Assembly (NCBI RefSeq): GCF_018350175.1
Contig: NC_058369.1
Location: 17,610,001 to 17,674,000 of the forward strand
Length of the DNA: 64,000 bases
Source of the DNA: Felis catus
Lineage: Eukaryota
Direction: 5' to 3'
Numbering within the stretch: position 1 is the stretch's first letter; every line of letters starts with the position of its first letter. Both the position numbers and the translations under genes were made by a program. Shown piece by piece: positions 11,236 to 24,590 of the stretch. The notes beneath the pieces are model-generated. The model was not told the DNA's origin. It saw only the letters and a list, made by a program, of their open reading frames with translations, and ran no database searches.

Positions 11236-14200
11236 AAATGAAAAGCCAGTATTTCACCCTACCATGAGCCACAGACAAGGGGAATTGCAGCAACTCAAAC
11301 TGTGCATAGGGTAAAGCACATAGTGAATGAGTGTTAGCAAGTTAATTGACCAGGCACAGAATATGAAGCAATAAGACTCCTAGAAAGCCGGGGGGGGGGG
11401 GGGGGTATGTGGGGAAGCCAGGAAAACTTCCCTAAATACAGGATGTGGTAGCCTGCCAGCAAGTCTGAACAAAACTTCAAATCTCAGAAGATGGACAGTG
11501 AAAGCCCCAGTCATTCTGACCATACCTCCGTTCCAACATAGCAGGTCAGCTGGTCATCCTAGACCCATGATGGAAGACAACTGTCCTTAGTAAGTTGCAA
11601 AACTCTCAGACACAGATGGATGGCTCAGTAAAGCCCTTGCTCTAGGACACACAGCAAAAGAAACAGCAATGTAATGACCACCATGATCCAGGAGATAAGA
11701 GCCATAGATAGCATTACCATTCCCCCAATTTCCCTGGAACAATCATCAGGACTCCAGGGAGACTCCCAGAAACCAGCTAACAACCCAGCTGGACAAAAGA
11801 CAGGAACCCTATATAAACCAGCTCTTTCCCTAAATTCCAGACCCTGACATGAACTAAACTTCAAGAAACAGGCACAAATTTTCCCCATGGGAACCCTGTG
11901 AGAAGACAAAAAGGAAAAAAAATCCATGCTCTAATAAAGATGGAATCCCAGAAGCCTCCCCTTTCTCCCATTTCCAACCCCTTCCCCACCACTAGGGCGC
12001 CCATACATAAGAGACAAAGGACAAGTAACAATAGTAATAGAAAACATTTACTAAGAACAGTACTGAGGAGGTGCTTCATCTTGCTTATGGTTATGTGAAT
12101 TCTGTATGTACATTATACTTAGGCGTAATTTGCTTTAAATTGAAGGACACTGCTAAAACCTAAAATACATATATTTGAGAAGAAAGCTGAAAAATCATCA
12201 AAGCCTCCATCTCTACAAGTTATAAAAAATAAGCAAACTAAACACAAAACTTATTTAAAAGGCAGAGTTAAAAATAAGCAGAGATTTCTCAAAATGAAAA
12301 AAAGTATCAAAAATATGTTTATTTTAAAATTTTTATGCAGTTATGCATACAGCAAAGTGAACAAATCTTAAGTATGCAGCTTTTAAATATATATATGTAG
12401 GGGCGCCTGGGTGGCTCAGTTGGTTGAGCGTCTGACTTTGGCTCAGGTCATGATCTCACAGTTTGTGGGTTCGAGCCCCGCGTCAGGCTCTGTGCTGACT
12501 GCTTGCTCAGAGCCTGGAGCCTGATTCGGATTCTGTGTCTCTTTCTCTCTCTGCCCCTCCCCTGCTCACGCTTTGTCGCACTCTGTTTCTCAAAAATAAG
12601 TGAATGTAAAATAAAATAAATTTAAATATGTATATGTACGTGTGAGTAACCATCACCCAGATCAAGATACAGAGCATTTCAAGCACCATCCAGGCAATTA
12701 TAATCAATATTCCAAATGAGATTGGGGAATATTTAAGAAAATACTCTTTTTTAAAAAATATTTTATTTATTTTGAGAGAGAGAATCCCAAGCAGGTTCCG
12801 TGCTGTCAGCACAGAGCCCAGTGGGCTCCTGACCATGATATCCTGACCTGAGCTGAAATTAAGAGTTGGACACTTAACCAACTGAGCCATCTAGGCACCC
12901 CCAAAAAATATTCTTAAAGATGACTTGACAGAAAAAAACAGGCAAGAAAATGTTAAGAAATAGTAGTAATAAGGTAACGCTTAGATATTAAATATAAAGC
13001 TACAATAATTTAAATTGTGGTGTTGGAATAGGATTACATCAGTCATGGGCAAAGCTTTTAGAATGAAGGTCTTGTATGCAGAAGAATAAATATTTTAAAA
13101 CCAGTAAAAAAAAATATTTTTGTTCTTTTACAAATGTTTATTTTTGAGAGAGAGAGGATGATCAGGGGAGGGACTGGGGGGGGGGGGGGGAACAGAAGAT
13201 CCAAAGCAGGCTCTGCACTGACAGCAGTGAGACCCATGCGGGGTTCAAACTCATGAACCCGTGAGATCATGACCTGAACCGAAGTTGGATGCTCAACTGA
13301 CTTAGGCACCCCTAAAAATTATTTTTATTTTTTTATGTTTATTTATTTTTGAGAGAGAGAGTATGAGTGAGCGGGAGAGGATCAGAGAAGGGGGGTGGGA
13401 GGGCAGAGGATCTGGGGCTCCAGCTCACGAACTGTTGAGATCATAACCTGGGCTGAAGTTGGATGCTCAACCAACTGAACCACCCAGGTGCTCCATTTTT
13501 TAAAAAAAGAATGGTTGGGTATAGACTTGTCTTACAAAAATAATTTTTTATAAATCCACTTTCATCAAATAGTGAAGTACAGGTATACATAAAAGTCAAT
13601 GGCATTCCTCAGAAAAGGTTAATGTTCAATAAGGTTGAGGATCCATCTGGAAGGAAACAGACTAACTCCAACCAAATACATGCTAAATTCTGCCTGGCTT
13701 TAAATGGGTAAAATGATGAAAATGTTGGAATGAAATTTAGGAAAATATGTTTATATCCTTCATGGTGAGGAGACTTTCCCAAGAAGATATGGTCTAAAAG
13801 CCATAAAGGAAAGGCTATGTCACTTAAGTAAATAAATGTCATAAAAGACCAAGAATGAACTGTAGACTGTAGTCTAAACAACTACAGCTTGTTGGCAGCT
13901 ACGATAAATAAATGTCTCCTACCGACTGGCTAATAAATATGACTCTACAAATTGCTAAGTAAAACAAAACGTCTCCAGGCAAAAGAAGTGAGTTGTCCTC
14001 TACTGCTGTTTGGATTAGAGTTCCATTTCTCTTGAATGGAGCCTCCAGAGGAGTCATTTCTTAAGGTAGAAGTAAAGACCAATCTATTAGGTGAGGGTGG
14101 AGGGCTCTCCCTGACATTCTTTGGAGCTCCAGCCACTCCCAATTGCCTACAGCACATCTACTCTTCAAATGCAATCCTCATCTCAAATCTGTTCGGTCCC

Positions 14201-14936
14201 CCATGAAATCTGGCATCTTCTCCCTCACCAGTTACCAACTGGAATGCAGCGTTTATGTAGAATTCTTGTTGTCTTTAGCCAGTACAGTACAGTAGCCAGT
14301 CAAGATACTGATCTACAAAGTTACTTAGGTTGGTTGTCTTCTTCCCTATCCCTTCAGTGTGGGAAATATACAGAAATATTAACAAATATTTGCACAGATA
14401 GTGCAGTGGTTAGTGTTTGTATTCCATTTTGAGTTCCCCACATCCTGGTTGGGTTTAATTGTTTATTTTTGTGTATGTGAACCATAACTGTGGTTTTAAG
14501 AGAACTGTACCAAAAAAGATACGCTCAGAGAAGTGCTACTCCCCCCTCATTCCTAGTGTCTTGTTCCCATTCCCCCATTTCTTTCCGTCATTTCCCCACC
14601 TACTCCCTACAGGTAACCAACCTTTTTTTTTGTTTCTAGTTTACCCTCTCTGTATTCCCTTTGCGCAAATGAGCAGATACAGATGTATTTTATTTTATCC
14701 CCTTCTTTCTTACACAAGTGTAGTGTAGTGTAGATACTCTTTGGCATTTTGCTTTCTCCACTTACAGAATGCCCTGGAAAACACTGCATATCAGCTCATA
14801 GATATCTTTCTAATTCACTTTTACAGCTGCCTTGTTGTTTATTGTGTGATGTACTATAGTGTATTTAACCACTGTCCTATACATGGACATTTAGGTTGTT
14901 TTCAGTAATTTGCAATAACAATGCTGCAGTGAATAA

Positions 14937-14938
<2 letters not shown>

Positions 14939-14983
<45 letters not shown>
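14939..14983 (+). repeat. (CA)n microsatellite
   Basis: About 22 perfect AC units. Confidence 0.95.
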
Positions 14984-14984
<1 letters not shown>

Positions 14985-15329
14985 TTTTTTTAATTGTTAA
15001 CATTTATTTATTTTCGAGAGACAGAGGAATAGGAGAGGGGCAGAGAGAGAGGGAGACACAGAATCCGAAGCAGCTCCAGACTCTGATCTGTCAGCACAGA
15101 GCCCGACGTGGAGCTCAAACTCAAACCATGAGATCATGACCTGAGCCAAAGCTGGACGCTCAACCAACTGAGCCACCCAGGCACCTCACACATATTTATT
15201 TTTGTACAGAGGTGTCTCTTCAGAGTGGTAGATTCTTAGAGGAGTGAGATTACTGGCTTGGAAGGAAAATGTATACATAGGTTTGTTAGGTATTTGCCAA
15301 TAATTTTGTTAGCTATTTCTTAGGTATTT

Positions 15330-15723
15330 CCTTCTATTGATTTCTAATTTTAGTCCATTGTGATCAGAAAACATACTTTGTATGATTTCAATCCTTTTAA
15401 ATTTATTGGACATTTTTAATGGTCCGGGATATAGTCTATCCTGGAGAATATTTCACGTGCACTTGAGAAATATGTGTAATTCTGCTATTGTTGTATGAAG
15501 TGTTCTGTAGATGTCTAGTGGGGTCTGTGATGTCTGTATAGTTATAGTTATTCAAGTCTTCTACTTTACTTTTGATCTTCTGCTTAGTTGCTCTATCCAG
15601 GATTCAAAAGGGGATGTTGAAATCTCCAGCTATTATTATTTTTTTTATTTTTTTTTTTAAGATTTTTGCAGTGTTTTACACCCTTGGAAGTATTGCTGCA
15701 TTGGCTGGTATGCGCTTTAAAAT

Positions 15724-15767
<44 letters not shown>

Positions 15768-17100
15768 ATGCTTATTTTTGAGAGACAGAGAGAGACAGAG
15801 TGTGAGCGGGGGAGGGGCAGAGAGCGAGGGAGACACAGAATCCTAAACAGGCTCCGGGCTCTGAGCCTTCAGCACAGACCCCGACGCGGGACTTGAACTC
15901 ACAAGCCGTGAGATCACGACCTGAGCCAAAATCGGACACCTAACTGACTGAGCCACCCAGGTGCCCCCAAATCTCCAGCTATTATTGTGGAATTGTCTAT
16001 TTCTCTCTAATTGGCTTCATGAATTTTGGGGGCTCTATTTTTAGTTGCAAAAATTTTTATATTTATATGCCCTCTTGATGGTTTGATTCTTTGATCATTA
16101 TAAAATATCTTGGGGAAGGGGGGCGCTTGAGTGCCTCAGTCGATTAAGCATCTGACTCTTGATTTTGGCCCAGGTCACAATCCCAGTGTTGTCAGATTGA
16201 GCCCCACGTCTGGCCCAATGCTGGGCATGGAGCCTACTTAATATTCTCTCTCTCCCTCTCCCTCTACCCATCTCCCACTTGCACGAGCGCTCTCTCTCAA
16301 ATTAAAAAAGAAAAAAAATTTTTTTAAATCCTTTGTCTCTGGTAACAGTTTTTGTCTAAATTCTGTTTTGTTTGCTAGTAGTATAGCCACTCCAGGTTTC
16401 TTTTTGTTACTGTTTGCGTGGCTCATCTTTTTTCATCCTTTATTTTCAACCTATTTGTGTCTTAGAATCCAAAATGTATCTCTTGGGGCACTGGGGTGGG
16501 TCAGTCGGTTAAGAGTCAGGTCACGATCTCACAGTTCATGAGTTCAACCCTGCGTTAGGCTCTGTGCTGACAGCTGAGAGCCTGGAGCATGCTTCGAATT
16601 CTGTGTCTCCCTTTCTCTCTGCCCCTCCCCTACTTTGTTGTGTGTGTGTCTCTCTCTCTCTCTCTCTCAAAAATAAACATTAAAAAAAAAATTAAAAATG
16701 TATCTCTTGTGGACAGCATCTAATTGGATTGTGTTTTTATTCATTCTGCCAATCTCTTTTTGATGTTAATGTTCACATAGCTGTGGATAAGGTAGGATTG
16801 TCCTGTGCCATTTTGTTATTTGTTTTCTATCTGTCTTGTCTTTTTTGTTCTTCTATTCTTCCATTATTGATTTTTCTTGTATGTTAAATATTTTTGAGTG
16901 TACTATTTTCATTCCCTTGTCATTTCTTTTATTATATTTTTTTAGTTAGTTCCTTAGTGATTGCCTTAGGGATTGCAATTAACATCTTAACTTATAACAA
17001 TCTAGTTCATGTTAATTCTGTCTTAATTTTAATGCTCAATATTGCTTCTATATAGCTCCATCTACCTCTTCCTTTGTGGTGTTATCATCATACAAATGAC
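15330..17100 (-). mobile_element. Old L1 fragment (ORF2 endonuclease start and upstream region), SINE-interrupted
   Basis: ORF-track peptide SHANSNKKKPGVAILLANKTEF resembles the L1 endonuclease motif HANxNxKKAGVAIL. Confidence 0.8.
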
Positions 17101-17719
17101 ATTTTATGTATGTGTGCAGGTCATGTTGGAGCAGATTTGAACCCACCAGCATGAGTTCAGTGGAGGTTTCCACTTTGTCTCTTCTTCTCATCTCCTCTTT
17201 CCCCCTTAAACAATTTCACCCTCATATTAAATCTCTGTCCACCTCTTTTATTTCTATAGACACTTTCAGTCTCTCATATCTGAAGAAAAGACATAACCAC
17301 ACTGAGCAAATAGTGCCATCAGATATAAATAATTTTCTCTTTAGAATTGTAGGATCTCTGTGTTGCATGGGACCTCAAGAAGATAATTGAGTCAGATGGT
17401 TCCTAATTCTGGTTTTGCATTAGAATTTCTGAGTTTGGGAGGCTTTTTAATTTATTAATGCATGCTGCCTGGGGTTCATTTAAGAACTTCTGATAAGACT
17501 CTCACTCTATTCTTTTCATTCTTGTTATGCTGTGTCCTAAGAAGTGAGAAGAAATTGGAGCAAATGACTGTAACTTCTAGATTATGTTGAGTAAATGTCC
17601 TTAGTCCTGAGTGATATCATTAGTCTTCAGTTTATAATTTTAGGAAAGTGCAAAAGCATTAAAGCATAAGAAATAAACATATATTAACATAAGCATGTAT
17701 TTCCTCATCCTTTCTCAGT

Positions 17720-17723
<4 letters not shown>

Positions 17724-17758
<35 letters not shown>
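17724..17758 (+). repeat. (GT)n microsatellite
   Basis: About 17 GT units. Confidence 0.95.
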
Positions 17759-17764
<6 letters not shown>

Positions 17765-18062
17765 TTCCCTAGGACCCTAACTGTATGTTTTATATAAGGA
17801 TCTATGCAGTTTGTTCTAGTAGAATCTTCACTGTGGAATTACGTGAAACTCTCTAAGCCTCGGTTCCTTTGTCATTAAAATGGGGGTATACTTTCTAAGT
17901 TTGTCGTGAGATAGAGAAGTTAGTGCTTGTAGAGTATTTATTTAGAAACCTTACTGTGGCCAGGCATTACTCCAAGTATTGTGCTCAATATATTTTCTTT
18001 GTTTTTTTGTTTGATTTATTCATTCATTTTTTTAAATATAATTTATTGTCAAATTGGCTTCC

Positions 18063-18170
18063 AAAAAATATGGAAAGCTTCATGAATTTGTGTGTCATCC
18101 TTGCACAGGGGCCATGCTAATCTCCTCTGCATCGTTCTAATTTTAGTTTATGTGCTGCCGAAGCGAGCAC
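18063..18170 (-). pseudogene. RNU6: U6 snRNA retropseudogene (full length, several substitutions)
   Basis: Minus strand reads GTGCTCGCTTCGGCAGCACATAAACTAAAATTAGAACGATGCAGAGGAGATTAGCATGGCCCCTG...TTCCATATTTTTT. The ACAGAGA box is mutated to GCAGAGG, and the copy is fused to an L1 tail. Confidence 0.95.
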
Positions 18171-18670
18171 TCAATACGTATTCTTTGAATAGTAGTCTCT
18201 CTTTTATGTTATGGTTGTTAATTTCTCAAACCAGATCCTGGTGTATTGAAAGCCACATCACTCACATGACATATTCAGCTCGGTAATGACCGGAGAGCCC
18301 TCAGGTTATAAATAGAGCTGCCCTTGAGGTATCTATCCCCTTGTTTAGATTTCTGTGGTCATTTGCTCACAATCTATACAAGAACAGAGGGACCCCGAGG
18401 CATAAGTCATGTAGTTTTGGGATGAGAACACAGAATAGTTGATATTTTTAACATATTCTTATTAACCAAGAGAAGTGTTTGCCAGCCATATTTTCTACTG
18501 AGAATCATTTATCGAAGAAGCAAAATCTCAAGGAGTTTGATCCTCTAACCATTGGTTTCCTCCAGTGCCAGCATTTTCTTCTACAGGGAGTAATACTTGA
18601 AGTGGCAGCCATTATGTTCCCCGTGATCATCTGGTGATTCAGCAAGTTCTGTAATTCTTCATGGTAAAGT

Positions 18671-18682
18671 TCAGGAGTTTTC
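18671..18682 (-). CDS. SPINK8: SPINK8 terminal coding exon (ENS-stop), followed by 3' UTR
   Basis: tttcctttgcag|GAA AAC TCC TGA. Confidence 0.8.
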   Translation of the reverse strand, partial: ENS

Positions 18683-19014
18683 CTGCAAAGGAAATACCTG
18701 CTTAGAGAAATCAAATTTGGGAAAATGAAGAGAAAAAGTACCACATTAATAACTACACCCATAGTCCTATAGGAGGAATGCTAAACAATTATTCTGCGAA
18801 TTAAGGCAGACTAGAGACCTTCTAATTTCACTGGAGAACAAAAGCACAGAGTGGAAGTGGGAAGAGATGAGGAGAGCTAAGGATGCAGGTGCCTGTGTGA
18901 GTCTTTGGACCCCAGGAGAGCCATGGGGCAGAGAGGTGGAGGGTAGAGGAGGAGGAAGTTGGAGTGGAGCAGAGTTGAAGTCAGAGGCACATGGGGTGCC
19001 ATGGGCAGCACAGA

Positions 19015-19260
19015 AAGTGGTGTTAAAGAACAGGGTCTGGAGGCTGACTAGCCAGGTTCAGGACTCGGTCCTTCACGTTCCTAGCTGTGTATCCTTGGGC
19101 AAGTCACATGCCTCTGTGGACCTCTCCATTTTTCATTATGAAACATAGCTAATAGCAATACCTTCCTCATGGCAGGGGTTATAGAAACACAGGGGAGTAG
19201 ATATAGGCAAAGCATGTGACACAGTGCAGGGTACATGGTTGGCAATCAATCAGTGATCAT
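19015..19260 (+). mobile_element. MIR SINE
   Basis: ctagctgtgtatccttgggcaagtcac MIR core. Confidence 0.7.
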
Positions 19261-20765
19261 TGTTGGTCTTCCTGTCAAGGATATTGTTATTTTTTTGGTG
19301 ATCCTGTCAAAAACAGTTTCCATTGTGCTTTGGGAAAGGGCTGTGGGGAGGGGCCACTATTCATTCATTTATTTGTTTCCTCTCTTTCTCCCCACACTAT
19401 AGCCAATGATTTTAATGAGTTCAGTGTATCTCTTTTTGTTTATGTGTTTGTATAAAATATATATTGTTTGTGTTATTTTTAGTTTATATAACGGTATGGT
19501 GTTACTTGTATTATTCCTTCTCTTGCTTTTTCTCTCAGTGCAGTATTTTGAGATCTACTCATACTTCTAAATGTATATCTGATTTATTCTGAAAATTGCA
19601 TGTAACTCCATGAAGACACCTTCCACAGTGTACCAGTTGATTTCTAGACTAGTCTCACCCAGGCTGCCCCCAAACCTGCCACCATGATTTCTCTCTAGTG
19701 GAACTAGAGAACTTTCGGGTTATAGGCCTTCCCCAAGTAATATGTATGGTGGTCTATATACATCAGTTGAGCCTTGTCAACTTGTCACTGAGATTATATT
19801 AAAAGATATTGTCATAGAGTTATTACAAAAGCATGTAATCATTTTACCTGTTTTACCTTCAACCTTCTTCATATTTTGTTCCAAGATGATTTTCTTCAGT
19901 TTTATTTCTCTCTTTTTTTTAAAGAGTCTCTCTTATTTATTTTGAGAGACATAGATAGCAAGCAGGGGAGGGACAGAGAGAGAGGGAGACAGAATTGCAA
20001 GTAGGCTCTAGGCCATCAGCACAGAGCCTGATGCAGGGCTCAAACTCATGAACCATGAGATCATGACCTGAACTGAAACCAAGAGTCGGACGCTTAACTG
20101 ACTGAGCCACCCGGGGGCCCCTCTCCAGTCTTATTTATATGCCTCATAATTCTACAATGATCTCTATGGCATCAGCCGAGTTCTTGCTTTGGCCTTATGA
20201 CTCTAAGGTTAAAGACACAATATCTAGACCAGAGCTAAGCAAGACGTGGTCCATTCATCACAGAATAACCTTTCATGTTCCAATTAATGTCTTTTGTCAA
20301 TATCCCAGAAATTGGGCATGACAGGGAACAGAAAGGATGGACTGGATGTTCTTTACTACTGAGTTATTAGGCTAAAATACTTTTATTTCCCCAGCAGGTA
20401 TTATTTTTGAGATGGCTGGGAAAATTTGAACATGAAGTACATATTAGAAGATGACAGGGAACTAATTAGGCGTGATAACAGAATTATGGGCATGTAAGGA
20501 AATGTCCACACTTCTGAGAGTGAAATGACATGATGTCCAAGCCATGTGTTAATATACCTAAGCAAAGAAAGAAGAAATTATAAAGGAAGGAAATGTGGCA
20601 AACACTTTGTACTTGGTTGGATTGATGTAATAGGCATATGATATTTACTGTTGTATCTAGTTTTATGCTTGAAAGTTTTTATAACAAAACATTTAAAACT
20701 CTCTACAACATATCAGTATATCTGATTTATTCCTAAAAGTGAAGAATGAAAGTGACTTTACTTAC

Positions 20766-20808
20766 ACAAGGTCCATCATACAGTTTAGTTATTTTTAGCC
20801 CTTCATAT
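20766..20808 (-). CDS. SPINK8: SPINK8 coding exon 4 (Kazal C-terminal Cys)
   Basis: ttctttcag|A TAT GAA GGG CTA AAA ATA ACT AAA CTG TAT GAT GGA CCT TGT|gtaagt = YEGLKITKLYDGPC; 43 nt, phase 2 to 0. Confidence 0.9.
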
Positions 20809-21519
20809 CTGAAAGAATTATATTTTGAAATGATCATTTTTTACTTTATGGGATATTATACATTATGACTAAATTTTATTTGATAATCTTTAGCTAAATT
20901 TGAGAAGGAAAAACACTCTGCTTATAGTGAATTCTTATGTAACAAATATTTTATTTTATTTCTTTTTTTTTAAGATTTAATTTTGGGGATCCTGGGTGGC
21001 TCGGTTGTTTAAGCGTCAACTCTTGATTTCAGTTCAGGTCATGATCTCACAGTTCATGGGATCGAGCTCCGTGTTGGGCTCTGCACTGAGAGCACAAAAG
21101 CCTGCTTGGGATTCTCTCTCTCTCTCTCTCTGCCCCTCCCCCTGCTCATTCTTTTTCTTTCTCTCTCTCAAAAATAAACAAACATTTTTTAAAAATTCTA
21201 AAATAAGATTTTATTTTTAAGTAATATCCATACCCAACTTAGGGCTTGAATTCACAACCCCAAGATTAAGAGTCACATGCTCCACCGACTGAGCCAGCCA
21301 GGCACCCCTGTAACAAGTATTTTAGAATACCTGTTGTTATAGATGTTTGTTTGTCAAAGATACTGGATGTACAAAACATACTTAGCATTAAATCAAATAT
21401 AGAAAATTCAAAATCATCTTGAATATTTAAGTAGAAATACAGGGTATTATAAAGAGAATGTACAATAAAATTAAGGTATGAATTTGATGAAAGTTAAGGC
21501 ATTATTACTGACCTTACAT

Positions 21520-23330
21520 AAATAAAAAATGATTTTTAAGGAATACTATGAACAAGTGTCAACAAATTAGATAGCCTGGATGAAATGGACAAATTCCTAG
21601 AAACACAAATTACCTACACTGACTCAAGAAAGAGAAAATCTCAAGATCTATATCAAGAGCTTGAATCAGCAATGAAAAAAACCTCTTAACAAAGAAAAGT
21701 TCAAGACTAAATATCTTCATTAGTGAATACTACCAAACCTTTAAGAGAGAATGCCAGTTCTTTTCAAATTCTTCCAGATAATAGAAGAGGAAAAAATACT
21801 TTCTAATCATTCTATGAAGCCAGAATTACCATGATAGCAAAGATAAAGACATCACACACACGCACACAAACAAGACTATAGGGGTGCCTGGGTGGCTCAG
21901 TTGGTTAAGTGTCCAACTTCAGCTCAGGTCATGATCTCACAGTTTGGGAGTTCGAACCCCAAGTTGGGCTCTGTGCTAACAGCTCAGAGCCTGGAGCCTG
22001 CTCTGGATTCTGTGTCTCCCTCTCTCTGCCCCTTCCCCGTTCATGTTCTGTCTCTCTCTCAAAAATAAACATTCAAAAAAAAATTAAAAAGACTATAGGC
22101 CAATATCCATTGTGAATATAAATGCAAAAATTCTCAACTAAATACTAGTAAACTGAATCCAACAGCATATTACAAGAAGTACACGCTATGACCAAGCAAG
22201 ATTTATCCCAAGAGTGCAGTGTGGTTCAACCTAAAAATATCAACCATATCTATGCAATAACATCACTTAATAGAATGAAGGAGGTAAAAAGGACCTGTTC
22301 TTCTCAATTGACATTTAACAAAACCCTCATAGTATTTGGCAAAATTCAACACTTTTTCATAATAAAAACACTTAGAAAAAGAAAGACTAGAAGGGAACTT
22401 CCTCAACATGATAAAGAAAATTTATGAAAACCCCACAACAAATATCATACTCAATGGTGAAAGACTGGAAGGTCTCTCGTTATTTTTTAAAAATTTTTTA
22501 ATGTTTATTTATTAAAAAAAATTTAATGTTTATTTTTGAGAGGGAGAGAGACAGAGCATGAGTGGGGGAGGGGCAGAGAGAGAGAGGGAGACATAGAATC
22601 CAAAGCAGGTTCCAGGCTCTGAGCTGTTAGCACAGAGCCCGAATTGGGGCTCGAGCCCACAAACTGCAAGATCATGACCTGAGATGAAGTCAGATGCTTA
22701 ACCGACTGAACCACCCAGGTACCCTTGAAAGATCTCTTTCTAAGATCAGGAACAAGACAAGGATACCTACTTCTACCACGGATATTCAACATTATGCTAA
22801 AAGTTCTAGCCAGAGCTTTAGGCAAGAAAGAGAAATTAAAGGCATCCAAAATTTTATTTGTCAGTTTTACCTCAATAAAGCTGTGGTAGGTAGAGTGATC
22901 CAAATTGGAAAGAAGAAGTAAAACTATCTCTGTTTGAAGAGGACATGATTCTACATATAGAAAATCCCAAAAAATTCATATAAAAACTACTAAAGCTAAT
23001 AATTAGATTGTTTCAGGGTACAGACCAACACATGAAAGTCAGTTGTAAACACAACTGACAGCGTCAGTGAACAATCTGAAAATAAAATTAATAAAACAAT
23101 TCCATTTACAATAGCATCCAAAAAAATAAAATACATCTGAATAAATGTAGCCCAGTAGGTGAAAGACTTGTACACCACAAACTACAAAACATTTCTGAGA
23201 GAAAATGTCCTAATAAATGGAAGCCTCCCCCATGCTCATGGGTTGGAAGACTGAATATTGTCAAAATGTCCATATACCCAAAGCAATCTACAAAGTCTAT
23301 GTACCAATGGCTTTTTTTTTCCTTTGCAAA
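21520..23330 (+). mobile_element. L1 ORF2 (reverse transcriptase region) fragment, SINE-interrupted
   Basis: gatgaaatggacaaattcctagaaacac, ctaagatcaggaacaagacaaggat and ctatctctgtttgaagaggacatgatt (degenerate LFADDM) motifs; many stops. Confidence 0.9.
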
Positions 23331-24590
23331 AATGGAAATGGGATCTCAGATCTATAGTAGTATTAAAAAACAACAGCTCTGTATCATAGTGAAAACAAGC
23401 AGCCCGGCAGCACCTAAAGGGGACAAGATGGTTTGGGAACTCCTTCAGAGTACCATTACCAAAGAATTGTCATTCCTTGACCTGTCTGATGGTTGTCTAG
23501 AAGACCCACTTGGAGAGCTGTTTTTATTTGACCTAACTCAGAGATACCCCAGTGTGAACAGCCTTTTCCCCTGGGAGCATTTGTTGAAAACAATCAGAGG
23601 CAATGTTTCAGTATCATGGCTGTCTTATGGTGGATAGCAGTTGGAGGAAAACAATAAGCCAACCAAAAGCTTAAAAGTAAAGGTGGAGGAATGATATATC
23701 CATAGGAGGTTTTGAAAAGCACTAAGAAATTCCTGGGAATCTAGAAGACCATGAACATGTGTAGGGCTATGTGCATGATCAGGAAAGACCCGAGAAGGCC
23801 TTAAGCTCTCACCTCTGGCTAATCTTGAAGCTCTCCAAAAGCAGGAAGCGAAGGCTAAGTGTTGAAGACATTCCTCAACACATACAATGTTTTTGTTGGC
23901 AAAAACTGGGAGATTTATTGGTTCCAACCATTTGAGGAAAATTTTGTCTAATCCCTATGAGACCACTAAGATAATTGAGTAGGACTTGTCAGTGACCATA
24001 CATGACAAAGAAGGCAGACTTCACAGAATTATTCCAGAAACCATTAAACTAATAAATAGCAGCAGGAACAACAAACAGCAATAGCAACGAACCTTGGGGA
24101 ATGGAGAGAATCTGATTTCCAGTGTTGCCACAACATATTATTTAAAATCACAAAAAATTGTGATGTATGCAAAGAAACAAGGAAGTATGGCCCATACACA
24201 GGATAAAAAGCAATCAATAGAAACAGTCACTGAGGAAGCCCAGATATTAGACTTATGAGACAATGATTTTAAATTATTTTTGTAATGTTTTATTTATTTT
24301 TGAGAGAGAAAGCATGAGCAGGGGATGGGCAGAGAGAGAAGAAGACAGAGGATCGGAAGTGGGCTCTGTGTCAACAGCAGCCAGCCCCATGCAGGGTTTG
24401 ATCTGAGCCACCTAGGTGCCCTTTAAATTAGTTATTTTAAATATATTTAAAGAACTAAAGAAAACTATGTCCAAAGAACTAAAGTATGAGAATAATGTCT
24501 CATCAAATAGAGAATATCAATAAAGCAATAGAAATATATTTCATAAACAACCCAAATAGAAATTATTGAAGTGACAAATATAATTATATG

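Noticed and set aside
18063..18170. Functional U6 gene
   Set aside because: Mutated ACAGAGA box, L1 tail and TSDs, and no recognisable PSE/TATA upstream.
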